Shown: positions 41,568-50,612 of the stretch, in pieces | Position numbering within the stretch: the first letter of the stretch is position 1 | Layout: each line of letters opens with the position of its first letter | Assembly: GCA_963703985.1 (NCBI GenBank) | Contig: CAVPGH010000002.1 | Span: forward strand, 44,191 to 108,190 | From: an uncultured Acidobacteriota bacterium | GTDB lineage: Bacteria > Acidobacteriota > Vicinamibacteria > Fen-336 | Direction of reading: 5' to 3' | Length of the DNA: 64,000 bases | Position numbers and translations under genes: made by a program | Notes under the pieces: generated by a model | What the model was told of the DNA's origin: nothing | Databases searched by the model: none | What the model saw: only the letters and a program-made list of their open reading frames with translations

Positions 41568-42358
41568 GTCAGGTCCTCCCGCGCGACGTCGGCCGCCACC
41601 AGCTTCAGGAAGACGTCCTCCAGGCTCGCGTCCGCCGCCTCGTGGCGGTGGGAGCGGATCTCCTCGAGCGTCCCCTGGGCCACGATCCGCCCGCGGTCGA
41701 TGATCGCCACCTCGTCGCACAGCCGCTCCACCACGTCGAGCACGTGGGAGGTGAAGAAGAGCGTCACCCCCTTGCGGGTGAGGCGCTGCAGGAGGTCGGT
41801 GACCACACGGCCCGACACGGGATCGATGCCGTTCAGGGGCTCGTCCAGGAAGAGCACGCGCGGGTTGTGGATGAGGGCGGCGGCCAGGGCCAGCTTCTTC
41901 TTCATGCCTTGCGAGTAGTCGACGATGAGGCGCCCGCGGTCCTCCTGCAGGGAGAGGAATTCCAGGAGCTCGTCGGTGCGTTTCCGCGTCTCTTCGCGCG
42001 AGAGCCCGTACATTCGCCCCGCGAACTGCAGGTACTCCTCCCCGCTCAGGCGCTCGTAGAGCGGCAGCTCCTCGCCCAGGACCCCGATGATCCGCTTCAC
42101 CCCCAGCAGGTCCCGGCTGAGGCGCACGCCCTCGATCACCGCATCCCCCGCGGTGGGCCGCAGCAGCCCCGTGAGCATCTTGATGGTGGTGCTCTTGCCC
42201 GCTCCGTTCGGCCCCAGGAAGCCGAAGAAACGCCCGCGCGCGATCCGCAGATTGAGGTGGTCGACCGCCGTCTTGTCCCGGAAGACCTTGGTCAGGCCTT
42301 CCACCACGAGCGCGTCGCCGTCCGGGCTGGGCATGGGTGGTCGGTCGGTCCTCATCAT
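41555..42358 (-). CDS. ABC transporter ATP-binding protein
   Basis: GPNGAGKST, YSQGM, LFLDEP, TSH. Confidence 0.95.
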   Translation of the reverse strand: MMRTDRPPMPSPDGDALVVEGLTKVFRDKTAVDHLNLRIARGRFFGFLGPNGAGKSTTIKMLTGLLRPTAGDAVIEGVRLSRDLLGVKRIIGVLGEELPLYERLSGEEYLQFAGRMYGLSREETRKRTDELLEFLSLQEDRGRLIVDYSQGMKKKLALAAALIHNPRVLFLDEPLNGIDPVSGRVVTDLLQRLTRKGVTLFFTSHVLDVVERLCDEVAIIDRGRIVAQGTLEEIRSHRHEAADASLEDVFLKLVAADVAREDLTWIG

Positions 42359-42417
42359 TTCATATCCCCTCCCCCCGGCGTGGGGCGAGCGAGATTCTGT
42401 TAGGCTCAAAGCCCGGG

Positions 42418-44280
42418 ATGCGGAGAGAAGCCAGGCAGGTCCTGCTCGTCGCCCCCCTGGGGCTGGCGCTCGTCTCGCTCGCTCCCGCGCAGACCCCCCC
42501 GGCCCTTCGCAACGGACCGCCCTCCTGGGCCTCCGACGCCGTCTTCTACGAGGTCGTCCTCGACCGCTTCCGCAACGGGGACCCCCGGAACGACCCCCGG
42601 CCCGCCGACCTGCGCGGGGCCTGGCCCTACGAGACCGTGCGCGACTGGCAGGTCTCGAGCTGGACCGCTGACTGGTACCGCCTCCAGCCCTGGGAGAAGG
42701 CGAGCGGCCACGACTTCTACTGGAACGCCCCCACCCGCCGCTACGGGGGCGACCTGCAGGGGCTGCTGGAGCGCCTGGACCACATCCAGTCGCTGGGCGT
42801 GAACGCGATCGTCCTCGCTCCCATCTTCGAATCGCCGTCGGCCCTCAAGCTGGATCCCACCTTCCTGCACCACGTCGACAACAACTTCGGGCCCGACCCC
42901 GAGGGCGACCGGCTCATCTGGGCCACCGAGAACCCCGCCGATCCCGCCACCTGGAAGTGGAGCACGGCCGACCGCCTGTTCCTGCGTCTCGTGCAGGAGT
43001 GCCACCGCCGGCAGATGAAGGTCGTGCTCGACGGCATCTTCGACCACGTGGGGGGGACCTTCTGGGCCTTCCGCGACGTGCGCGCGCGAGGGGCGCAGTC
43101 GCGCTATGCGAGCTGGTTCCAGGTGCGCCGGTTCGACGACGCGGAGACCCCGGGCGACGAGCTCGAGTACGCGGGCCTGGGGGGGTCCCGCGAGCTGCCG
43201 GAGCTGCGTCGGGAAGGGAATGGCCTCGCCGCGGGACCGCGCGATCACCTGCGGGCCGTCCTCCGGCGCTGGGGCGATCCCAACGGCGACGGCGACGGGT
43301 CGGACGGTGTCGACGGATGGCGCGTGCGCCTGGCCGACCGGCTCCCCCACGGCTTCTGGCGGGAGATGCGCCGCTGGGTGATCGGCGCCAACCCCGAGGC
43401 CTACCTGCTGGGCGAGATCTCCTGGGAGGACTTCGACGCGGGGCGCCTCTGGAACCCCGCCCCCTGGCTGCGCGGGGACGAGTTCGACGCGGTCACGAAC
43501 CACCACTGGGCGGACGGGGTGAAGTCCTTCTTGATCGACCGCAAGGCCCCCATCCCCGCCTCCGAGCTGGATACCCGCCTGGCCGGGTTGCGCTCCGACC
43601 TCTTCCCCCAGACCACGCTCGCGATGATGAACCTCCTGGATGGCGGGGAGCTCGACCGGATCGCCTCGCGGATCGTCAACCCCGACCGGCCGTACGACCA
43701 CCTGGCGAGCCCCCGCGACGACCCCTCCTACGACGTCCGCGCGCCGGGACTGCAGGAGTGGAAACGGCTGCGGCTCGTGGCCACCTTCCAGTTCGCCTAT
43801 GCCGGGCTGCCCATCGTCTACTACGGCGACGAGACCGGCATGTGGGGCGCCGACGAGCCCGACAACCGCAAGCCCATGCTCTGGGCCGATCTGCGCTACG
43901 AAGAGGAGGCCTCGCACCCGCTGGGCCAGACCCGTCGCCGCGATCCGGTGCGCGCGGACGCCGAGCTCGTCCGTTTCTACCAGGCGCTGGGCAAGGCGCG
44001 CGCCGCCCTCGCCCCCCTGCGCCGGGGAACCGTGGAGACCCTGCTCGCGGACGACGCGCGGCGGCTCTTCGTCTTCGCGCGCGCGACCGAGGAGGAGCGG
44101 GTGGTGGCGGTCTTCAACGCTTCCGACAAGGACCAGACGGTGGAGGTCCCCTACGGGACCGCCTCCCGCGATGTCGTCACCGGCCGCCGCTTTCGGCCGC
44201 GGGAGGGGAAGACGCTCGTCCCCGTGCCCGCCCTTTCCGCCGTCCTGCTCGGGCCCGACGCCACTCACGAATCGAAATGA
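42418..44280 (+). CDS. Exported GH13 (cyclomaltodextrinase/neopullulanase-like) protein with substituted catalytic residues
   Basis: DRFRNGD, YGGDLQG, VLDGIFDH, DGWRVR, GEI, NLLDGGE, YYGDETGM, DNRKPMLW; signal peptide. Confidence 0.88.
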   Translation: MRREARQVLLVAPLGLALVSLAPAQTPPALRNGPPSWASDAVFYEVVLDRFRNGDPRNDPRPADLRGAWPYETVRDWQVSSWTADWYRLQPWEKASGHDFYWNAPTRRYGGDLQGLLERLDHIQSLGVNAIVLAPIFESPSALKLDPTFLHHVDNNFGPDPEGDRLIWATENPADPATWKWSTADRLFLRLVQECHRRQMKVVLDGIFDHVGGTFWAFRDVRARGAQSRYASWFQVRRFDDAETPGDELEYAGLGGSRELPELRREGNGLAAGPRDHLRAVLRRWGDPNGDGDGSDGVDGWRVRLADRLPHGFWREMRRWVIGANPEAYLLGEISWEDFDAGRLWNPAPWLRGDEFDAVTNHHWADGVKSFLIDRKAPIPASELDTRLAGLRSDLFPQTTLAMMNLLDGGELDRIASRIVNPDRPYDHLASPRDDPSYDVRAPGLQEWKRLRLVATFQFAYAGLPIVYYGDETGMWGADEPDNRKPMLWADLRYEEEASHPLGQTRRRDPVRADAELVRFYQALGKARAALAPLRRGTVETLLADDARRLFVFARATEEERVVAVFNASDKDQTVEVPYGTASRDVVTGRRFRPREGKTLVPVPALSAVLLGPDATHESK

Positions 44281-44993
44281 CGGGAGGGCCGGGCAAGGAT
44301 CGGCGCAAGCACGCGCGCGTCGACATAGGCCTGCCCGTGCGCGTGCAGGGGCGCGATCCGGACGGGAATACCTGGGAGGAGATGTCGACCACGGAGGACG
44401 CCTCCGTGGGAGGATTGGCCTTCCGCCTCAAGCGGCCGGCGCGACTCGGCCAGGTGCTCCACGTGTCGCTCCCCCTGCCCGCCCGCCTCCGCAGCTACGA
44501 CCTCAAGGACTCCTCCTACCGGAGCTACGTGCTCGTGCGTAACGCGCGGCCGATCCCGGAGGGGACGCGGGTGGGCGTCCTGTTCCTGGGCAAGAACCCG
44601 CCGCGGGGAGCGGAGTCGCTGCCGAGCGAGCTCTTCCTGATGCCGGGCGATCCCGTCCCCGAGGAGCGGCGGCGCTTCCCGCGCTGGTCCGTGCGGCTGG
44701 TCCTCAAGGTGGAGCGCGGCTTCGTCCCCCCGGGCTCCACCGGCGAAGAGCAGACGATGGCGGAGGACATCGGCAAGTGGGGGGCGCAGGTCCGGACCTC
44801 GCTGCCCCTGGCCAAGGGAGACCTGGTGCGGATCGAAGAGGTGGGGGGCGATTACAAGACCCGGGCCGAGGTCCGCAACGTCAGCATCGGGCCCGACAAC
44901 CACCCGCGCCTCAACCTGCTCTTCCTCGACGAGCCCGTCCCCGAGCGCCTGCTCCCGCCCATCGGGACCGGCGAGATCAAGAAAAAGCCTTGA
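44277..44993 (+). CDS. Tandem PilZ-domain protein
   Basis: RRKHAR...DASVGG and RRRFPR...DIGKWG; ATGA overlap with the GH13 gene. Confidence 0.8.
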   Translation: MTGGPGKDRRKHARVDIGLPVRVQGRDPDGNTWEEMSTTEDASVGGLAFRLKRPARLGQVLHVSLPLPARLRSYDLKDSSYRSYVLVRNARPIPEGTRVGVLFLGKNPPRGAESLPSELFLMPGDPVPEERRRFPRWSVRLVLKVERGFVPPGSTGEEQTMAEDIGKWGAQVRTSLPLAKGDLVRIEEVGGDYKTRAEVRNVSIGPDNHPRLNLLFLDEPVPERLLPPIGTGEIKKKP

Positions 44994-45037
44994 GCGGGCG
45001 TGGCCCCACGGCGACGGAAATTCTCACAGAGCCGAGA

Positions 45038-45799
45038 CTACAGGAACGCCTTGAGCCGGGCGAAGCCCGCGCGGCTCACGGGCAGGCGCGCTCCGCTCTT
45101 CAGCACCGCCACCCGCCCGTCCCCCCCGTCGCCCTCCAGGCGCTGCAGGCGGTCCAGGTTCAGCAGGTAGGAGCGGTGGATGCGCACGAAGCGCGCGGGG
45201 TCGAGGGTCTTCTCGAGCTCGGTCAGCGTCTGCTGCTTCAGGTACTCCTTGCCCCCCGTGTGCAGGCCGACGTAGTCGTCCTGGGCCTCGGCGTAGTCGA
45301 GGTCCGGCACCGGGATCACCTGGACGCGCGGTCCCTGGCGGACGAGGATCCGCTCCACGGGCTCTCCGGCCGGTCGCGCGGCCTGGAGGAGCTCGGGGAC
45401 GGGGAGGGGCGAGCGGGAGCGGATCCGATCCCGCGCCCGGCCGAGCGCGGCCCGGAAGCGATCCGCCCCCACCGGCTTCAGGAGGTAGTCGACGGCGTTG
45501 ACCTCGAAGGCCTTCACCGCGTGCTCGTCGAAGGCGGTGACGAACACGACCGCCTGCTCGCCCCCGATCAGCTCCAGCACCTCGAAGCCCGTCAGCTTGG
45601 GCATCTGGATGTCGAGAAAGACGAGGTCCGGCTTCAGCTCCGAGACGGCCTTCACGGCCTCGAAGCCGTTCCGGCACTCGCCCAGGATCTCGATGCCCGG
45701 CTCCTTCGAAAGGTACTCGCGCAGGATGGCGCGGGCGGGGTCCTCGTCGTCGACGATCAGGACGCGCAGCGGCCCGGCGGGCACGGGCGCCGGCCCCAC
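45038..45799 (-). CDS. REC-LytTR response regulator (possibly the C-terminal part of a kinase fusion)
   Basis: LIVDDE, FLDIQMP, VTAF, DYLLKP, FVRIHRSY, LPVSR. Confidence 0.93.
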   Translation of the reverse strand: MGPAPVPAGPLRVLIVDDEDPARAILREYLSKEPGIEILGECRNGFEAVKAVSELKPDLVFLDIQMPKLTGFEVLELIGGEQAVVFVTAFDEHAVKAFEVNAVDYLLKPVGADRFRAALGRARDRIRSRSPLPVPELLQAARPAGEPVERILVRQGPRVQVIPVPDLDYAEAQDDYVGLHTGGKEYLKQQTLTELEKTLDPARFVRIHRSYLLNLDRLQRLEGDGGDGRVAVLKSGARLPVSRAGFARLKAFL

Positions 45800-46701
45800 C
45801 GCCGAGTGCCGCGCCGTGAGGCCGCCCGTCCCCCCGATGACGAGGCTTCTTCCAGCCGCCGGCGGACCGCGCGCAGGTCGACGATGAGATCGGCCGCGCT
45901 CGCGTAGCGCTCCCGCGGATCCTTCGCCAGGCACTTGTCGAGGACCCGGCCGAGGTCGGCGGACACCCCTTCCAGGCCGGCCTCGGGCAGGCGGGGCGCC
46001 GGTTCCTTGAGCACGGCGTGCAGCGTCTCGACACCCGTCTCCCGGCGGAACGCGGGCACGCCCGCCAGCATCTCGAAGAGCAGCGCCCCGAAGGAGAAGA
46101 TGTCGCTGCGCGGATCGATGACCCCGCCCCGCACCTGCTCCGGGGACATGTAGGCGGCGGTGCCGATGATCTGGCCGGGATCCGTATGGCCGCGGGCCGG
46201 CGTGTCCGTGTCGCTGGTGACGGGATCGAGTGGTCGCAAGAACTTGGCCAGGCCGAAGTCGATGATCTTCGCGTGGCCCGATTCGGTGACCATGACGTTC
46301 GAGGGCTTCAGGTCGCGGTGGACGATGCCGTGGGCGTGCGCCTCGGCCAGGCCCTCCGCGACCTCCAGCGCGAGCTCCAGGGCGCGGGTCGGGGCGAGGC
46401 GGGCCTTGACCAGCGTGCCCAGGGGCAAGCCCCGCACCAGCTCCATGGCGATGAAGGTGGCTCCGTCGGCCTCGTCGATCTCGTGGATCACGCAGATCGC
46501 GGGATGGGCCAGGGACGCCGCGGCCCGGGCCTCCCGGACCAGGCGGCTCTGCAGGTCCGGGTCCCCGCCAGGGCCGGGAGCGAGCACCTTGAGGGCCACG
46601 TCCCGCCCCAGGTTGGCGTCGAACGCGCGGTAGACGACCCCCATGCCGCCGTGGCCGATCTCCCCCGTGATGCGGTACCGCCCGAGCGTCCGGCCGATCA
46701 T
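45757..46701 (-). CDS. Hanks-type Ser/Thr protein kinase
   Basis: IGHGGMGVVY, VALK, REA, HRDLKPSN, DFGLAK, GTAAYMSPE, all canonical. Confidence 0.95.
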   Translation of the reverse strand: MIGRTLGRYRITGEIGHGGMGVVYRAFDANLGRDVALKVLAPGPGGDPDLQSRLVREARAAASLAHPAICVIHEIDEADGATFIAMELVRGLPLGTLVKARLAPTRALELALEVAEGLAEAHAHGIVHRDLKPSNVMVTESGHAKIIDFGLAKFLRPLDPVTSDTDTPARGHTDPGQIIGTAAYMSPEQVRGGVIDPRSDIFSFGALLFEMLAGVPAFRRETGVETLHAVLKEPAPRLPEAGLEGVSADLGRVLDKCLAKDPRERYASAADLIVDLRAVRRRLEEASSSGGRAASRRGTRRWGRRPCPPGRCAS

Positions 46702-46742
46702 CTGTTGCACCCTACGCGATTCTAGGGGCAAAAACCCCGGTC

Positions 46743-46771
46743 GTTCGCCGGTCCCGGCCGGGGGTTCGCCG
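46743..46771 (+). promoter_or_regulatory. Putative LytTR-binding direct repeat
   Basis: GTTCGCCG at 46743 and 46764, a 21-bp period. Confidence 0.6.
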
Positions 46772-46828
46772 ATATGCGGGATGACAGACGGCAGGGCCGC
46801 CGTATGCTCATACGGAAGGAGCAGAGAC

Positions 46829-47524
46829 ATGCACCGCGGAAGGCGCCAGGCCACCGCACCCCGGATCGTGATGGGGGTGATCGTCATGGTGGTGGGGCTG
46901 ATGCTCACCCTGGACAATTTCGGCATCCTCGACTCGCGGCGCTTCTGGCAGCTCTGGCCACTCATCCTCATCGCCCTGGGCCTGACCAAGCTTTCCCACT
47001 GGGCCCGGGCGGGCGGGCGGCCCGAGGGGATCGGGCTCCTCGCGATCGGCCTCGCCTTCCTCCTGATCAACTTCCACGTCCTCCATTTCCGGCAGCTCTT
47101 CCCCCTGTTCCTGCTCGGCATGGGAGCCTTGATCGTGGCGCGGGCGGTGTGGGGGGACCGCGCGCTCCAGGAGGGCTCCGGAGCCGAAGCACCCAACGCG
47201 CGCATCGACGCCTTCGTGGTGATGGGCGGGGTCAAGAAGGCCTCGAGCGCCCCGGACTTCCAGGGGGGCGACGCGTTCGCCATGATGGGCGGCTGCGAGA
47301 TCGACCTCAGGCAGGCCTCGATCCAGAATGGCCCCGCCGTCCTGGACATCTTCGCCGTGATGGGCGGCATCGAGATCCGGGTGCCCGAGTCCTGGGCGGT
47401 GGAGATCCTCGGCAACGCCCTGCTCGGAGGATTCGAGGACAAGACACGACGGCCGGCGGACGAGAGCAAGAAGCTGATCATCACGGGCCTGGCCGTCATG
47501 GGAGGCGTCGAGGTCAAGAACTAG
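46829..47524 (+). CDS. LiaF/LiaI-like envelope-stress membrane protein
   Basis: AAGGAG RBS; 4 TM with LWPLILI; C-terminal MGG repeats (MGGCEIDLR, MGGIEIRVP..W, MGGVEVKN). Confidence 0.85.
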   Translation: MHRGRRQATAPRIVMGVIVMVVGLMLTLDNFGILDSRRFWQLWPLILIALGLTKLSHWARAGGRPEGIGLLAIGLAFLLINFHVLHFRQLFPLFLLGMGALIVARAVWGDRALQEGSGAEAPNARIDAFVVMGGVKKASSAPDFQGGDAFAMMGGCEIDLRQASIQNGPAVLDIFAVMGGIEIRVPESWAVEILGNALLGGFEDKTRRPADESKKLIITGLAVMGGVEVKN

Positions 47525-47530
47525 CCCGCC

Positions 47531-48601
47531 ATGCACCCCCTCCTCGCGAACTGGCGCCGCCTGGTCGCCTACGTCGCGGTCTGGGAGCTCCTGGGGATCC
47601 TGCTCGCCCCCCTCCTCGTGCTCACCGGAGGGTTCTTGTGGGTGGAGGCGCTGGCCATGGCCATCCCCCTGACCGCCGCCTACGCCTTCGTCTGCCTTGG
47701 GGCCTTCTGGGTGTGCCGGGCCGCGCCCTTGCGACCGGACGGCCTCGTCCGGGCCACGAGGACGCAGCTCGCCGCAGGGATCTTCTCCGCCGTCCTCTGG
47801 CTCCTGGCCTCGCGGGGCTGGGCCACGCTCCTTGAGCAAAACGACTTGCTGAAGGGCATGATCGAGCGCCAGGCGAAGGCCGCTCCCCTGCTCTTCGGAA
47901 TGGGGGTCCTGCTCTACCTTCTCGCCGCCGCGCTCCACTACGTCCTCGCCGCCTTCGAGGCCTCCCGCCTGGCGGAGACGGAGGCGCTGAGCTTCCAGGT
48001 CCTCTCGCGGGAGGCCGAGCTTCGGGCCCTGCGCGCGCAGATCCACCCCCACTTCCTGTTCAACAGCCTCAACTCCATCAACGCCCTCATCACCGCCCAG
48101 CCCGAGGAGGCCCGGCGGCTCTGCCTGCTCCTCGGCGACTTCCTCCGTCGGAGCCTCACCTTTGGCGCCCGCGACCGCGTCACCCTTTCCGAGGAGCTTT
48201 CCCTGGCCGAGGACCTCCTGGCCATCGAGAAGGTGCGGTTCGGTTCGCGGCTGCAGTTCGAGAGCCGGGTGGAGGAGGCGGCCCGCGCCTGGCCGGTGCC
48301 CCCCCTCGTCCTGCAGCCGCTGGTCGAGAACGCGGTCACCCACGGCATCGCGCAGTGCCTCGAAGGGGGGACGGTCCGGCTCACGGCCCGGAGCGAGGGC
48401 GACCGTCTCCTGGTCGTCATCGACAACCCCCGCGACGCCGAGAGCCCCCGCCGCAAGGGGACGGGCATCGGCATGGAGAACGTGCGCCGCCGCCTGGATG
48501 CTCTCTATGGTCGGGAGGCCGTCCTCCGCCACCAGGCCAATGGCGACTCCTTCCGGGTCGAGCTCGAGATCCCCGCGGCGCCCGCTGGTTCTTCCGCTTG
48601 A
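47531..48601 (+). CDS. LytS/AlgZ-type sensor histidine kinase
   Basis: LRAQIHPHFLFNSLNSI, QPLVENAV.HG, GIGMENVR.RL. Confidence 0.95.
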   Translation: MHPLLANWRRLVAYVAVWELLGILLAPLLVLTGGFLWVEALAMAIPLTAAYAFVCLGAFWVCRAAPLRPDGLVRATRTQLAAGIFSAVLWLLASRGWATLLEQNDLLKGMIERQAKAAPLLFGMGVLLYLLAAALHYVLAAFEASRLAETEALSFQVLSREAELRALRAQIHPHFLFNSLNSINALITAQPEEARRLCLLLGDFLRRSLTFGARDRVTLSEELSLAEDLLAIEKVRFGSRLQFESRVEEAARAWPVPPLVLQPLVENAVTHGIAQCLEGGTVRLTARSEGDRLLVVIDNPRDAESPRRKGTGIGMENVRRRLDALYGREAVLRHQANGDSFRVELEIPAAPAGSSA

Positions 48602-48688
48602 AGAATGTTTTCCCTTGACGCCGGCCGCCCCTCTGCTGCTAAGATCCGCCCGCTCACGGACCACAAAAGAAAGGACCGGGAAGCGGGA

Positions 48689-49000
48689 ATGACCGTTGTC
48701 TGTGTGTCTTGCCAGCGGTACCTCAGCACCAAACCCCCCTATCGCGACCTGGGCGTCACCCACGGGATCTGCACGGCCTGCGTGATCCGGCAGCGGCGTG
48801 AGCTGTCGACGCTCGTGGTGAGCCGGGAGCGGGCGGACGCCTGGCCCATGCTCGAGAGCGTTTTCCGGGTCCAGAGCGACCTGCAGGTGGTGCTCGAGCG
48901 CCGCCGGGGGGATCGCCGGCAGACAATCCTCGACGTCGAGGCCTGCCGGCGCCTGCCGAGCCGCGACCGCCGGCAAACCCAGAGCCTGCGCCTCATCTAG
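48689..49000 (+). CDS. Small hypothetical protein, CxxC...HGICxxC plus Arg-rich tail
   Basis: MTVVCVSC...THGICTAC...ERRRGDRRQ...DRRQ; TTGACG and TG-TAAGAT promoter-like boxes at 48615-48645. Confidence 0.7.
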   Translation: MTVVCVSCQRYLSTKPPYRDLGVTHGICTACVIRQRRELSTLVVSRERADAWPMLESVFRVQSDLQVVLERRRGDRRQTILDVEACRRLPSRDRRQTQSLRLI

Positions 49001-49032
49001 CTGGTCCAGGCACGGACGACCGCCGCTCCGGA

Positions 49033-49053
49033 ACCACCCTGGGCAAGGGTGGT
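49033..49053. terminator. Hairpin between convergent genes
   Basis: ACCACCCT-GGGCA-AGGGTGGT, 8-bp stem; no U-tract. Confidence 0.35.
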
Positions 49054-49063
49054 GCGCCCATTC

Positions 49064-49360
49064 TCAAGCCCAGTTCTCGACCCTCAGCCCGGGTACGCGG
49101 GAGAAGTGTTTCGTATTGTTCGTCACCACCGCGAGCCCGAGCGAGAGCGCGTGAGCCGCGACGAGGGTGTCGAAGGTGCCGATGGGTTCTCCACGCCGGG
49201 CCAGTGCCGCCGCGACCAGGGCGAACCGGTCGGCGGCGGCCCCATCGAAGGCGACGACGGAAACGTCTTCCGTGAAGCTTCGGATGGCGCGGCGGAGCTT
49301 CTGGGATCGCTTGCCCTCGGCGCCAAACTTCAACTTGGCGAGGGTGATCGAGCTGATTTT
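49064..49360 (-). pseudogene. vapC: 5'-truncated VapC/PIN toxin remnant
   Basis: KISSITLAKLKFG...FDTLVAAHA...VVTNNTKHFSRVPGLRVENW; N-terminal DTN strand absent; no antitoxin. Confidence 0.8.
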
Positions 49361-49361
49361 G

Positions 49362-50600
49362 TCAATTGGGCCGCCACCTCCCCCGCGCCACCGCGGGCAC
49401 GAAGGTGTCGAGGTCGGGGGGACGCCAGGGCAGGACGCGCTCCTGCTCCGCGCTCATGTAGGCCGCCATCAGCAGCTCGGTGACCGACAGTCCCGCCTCG
49501 AAGCCCTGCTCCGGCTGCCGGCCGTCCAGGAACTGCCGGGTGAAGTACCGGTTCTCCCCCTCGTACCCGTACTCCGCGGCCTCGTTCCCCACCACCGGCA
49601 TGAGGCCCTGCTCCGCGTTCTGCTTCTCCACGAGGTCCTCGCCCGACTCGCCCTTGACCTTCCGGCTCAGGAAGAGCTTCGCCCCGCCTTCGAGCGAGCT
49701 GAGTGAGAACGAGTACTCGGGGCCGAGCAGCTCCATGCTGAGGCGGAGCCCGGCCCCCACGTAGCTCCACGAGGTGGTGGCCTCCGCGATCACGGTCTGG
49801 CCGTTCTCCGCCTCGTAGGTCACGGTGGCCCGCGCGAAGTCCTCGGCAGGCCGGCGCTCGTAGTCGACGTCCGGGCCCATCGACTCGCGCAGCGCCTTCG
49901 CGTAGCCGGGCTGCGACCACTTGAGGGAAGCGATCTGGGCCGAGACCTTCCTCACCTTCAGGCTCGAGCGGGGCGCCCCCGGCTTCGTGAGCAGGAAGCG
50001 CCCGACCTCCAGGCTGTGGCACATCATGTCGTTGAGCACACCGCCGCCTTGCCGCTCCCCTTGCCAGAACCACGGCATGTGGGGGCCGCTGTGCTCCTCG
50101 GCCGCGCGGGCGAGGTAGGGGCGACCGGACAGAGCCGCTCCCCGCGCCCAGGCGATGGCGTGACCGCGCTCGAGGCCGGGGGCGAAGACCTGGTCTTCGA
50201 GGTAGCCGTGCAGCACCCGCGCCTTCCCGATCAACTCCACCATGCGCTTCGCCTCCGCCACGTTGCGGGCCAGGGGCTTCTCGCAGGCCACGGCCACGAG
50301 GTCGGCCCCGGCGGTGCGGGCGGCCAGGATCTCCTCCATGTTCTCGATGCGCTTGTCGTTGGGCCCGCAGATCCAGACCGCGTCGATCTCGGGCGCCTTC
50401 ACCATCTCCGCCAGCGACGAGAACGCCTTCGCCTCCCCCACCCGCAGCGAGCGCGCGAGGGCCGCCGTCTCCTCGGCGTGGCCGCGGTTCGGGCTCCAGA
50501 TCCCCCGCACGTCCGCGTCGCGCACCGCCAGCCAGGACCGCAGGTGGAACCGGGTCATGAAGCCGCTGCCCACGAAGCCCACGCCCAGCCGTTTCGACAT
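49362..50600 (-). CDS. Gfo/Idh/MocA-family oxidoreductase
   Basis: [26 protein letters not shown]. Confidence 0.92.
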   Translation of the reverse strand: MSKRLGVGFVGSGFMTRFHLRSWLAVRDADVRGIWSPNRGHAEETAALARSLRVGEAKAFSSLAEMVKAPEIDAVWICGPNDKRIENMEEILAARTAGADLVAVACEKPLARNVAEAKRMVELIGKARVLHGYLEDQVFAPGLERGHAIAWARGAALSGRPYLARAAEEHSGPHMPWFWQGERQGGGVLNDMMCHSLEVGRFLLTKPGAPRSSLKVRKVSAQIASLKWSQPGYAKALRESMGPDVDYERRPAEDFARATVTYEAENGQTVIAEATTSWSYVGAGLRLSMELLGPEYSFSLSSLEGGAKLFLSRKVKGESGEDLVEKQNAEQGLMPVVGNEAAEYGYEGENRYFTRQFLDGRQPEQGFEAGLSVTELLMAAYMSAEQERVLPWRPPDLDTFVPAVARGRWRPN

Positions 50601-50612
50601 TGCCGTCGCGAC

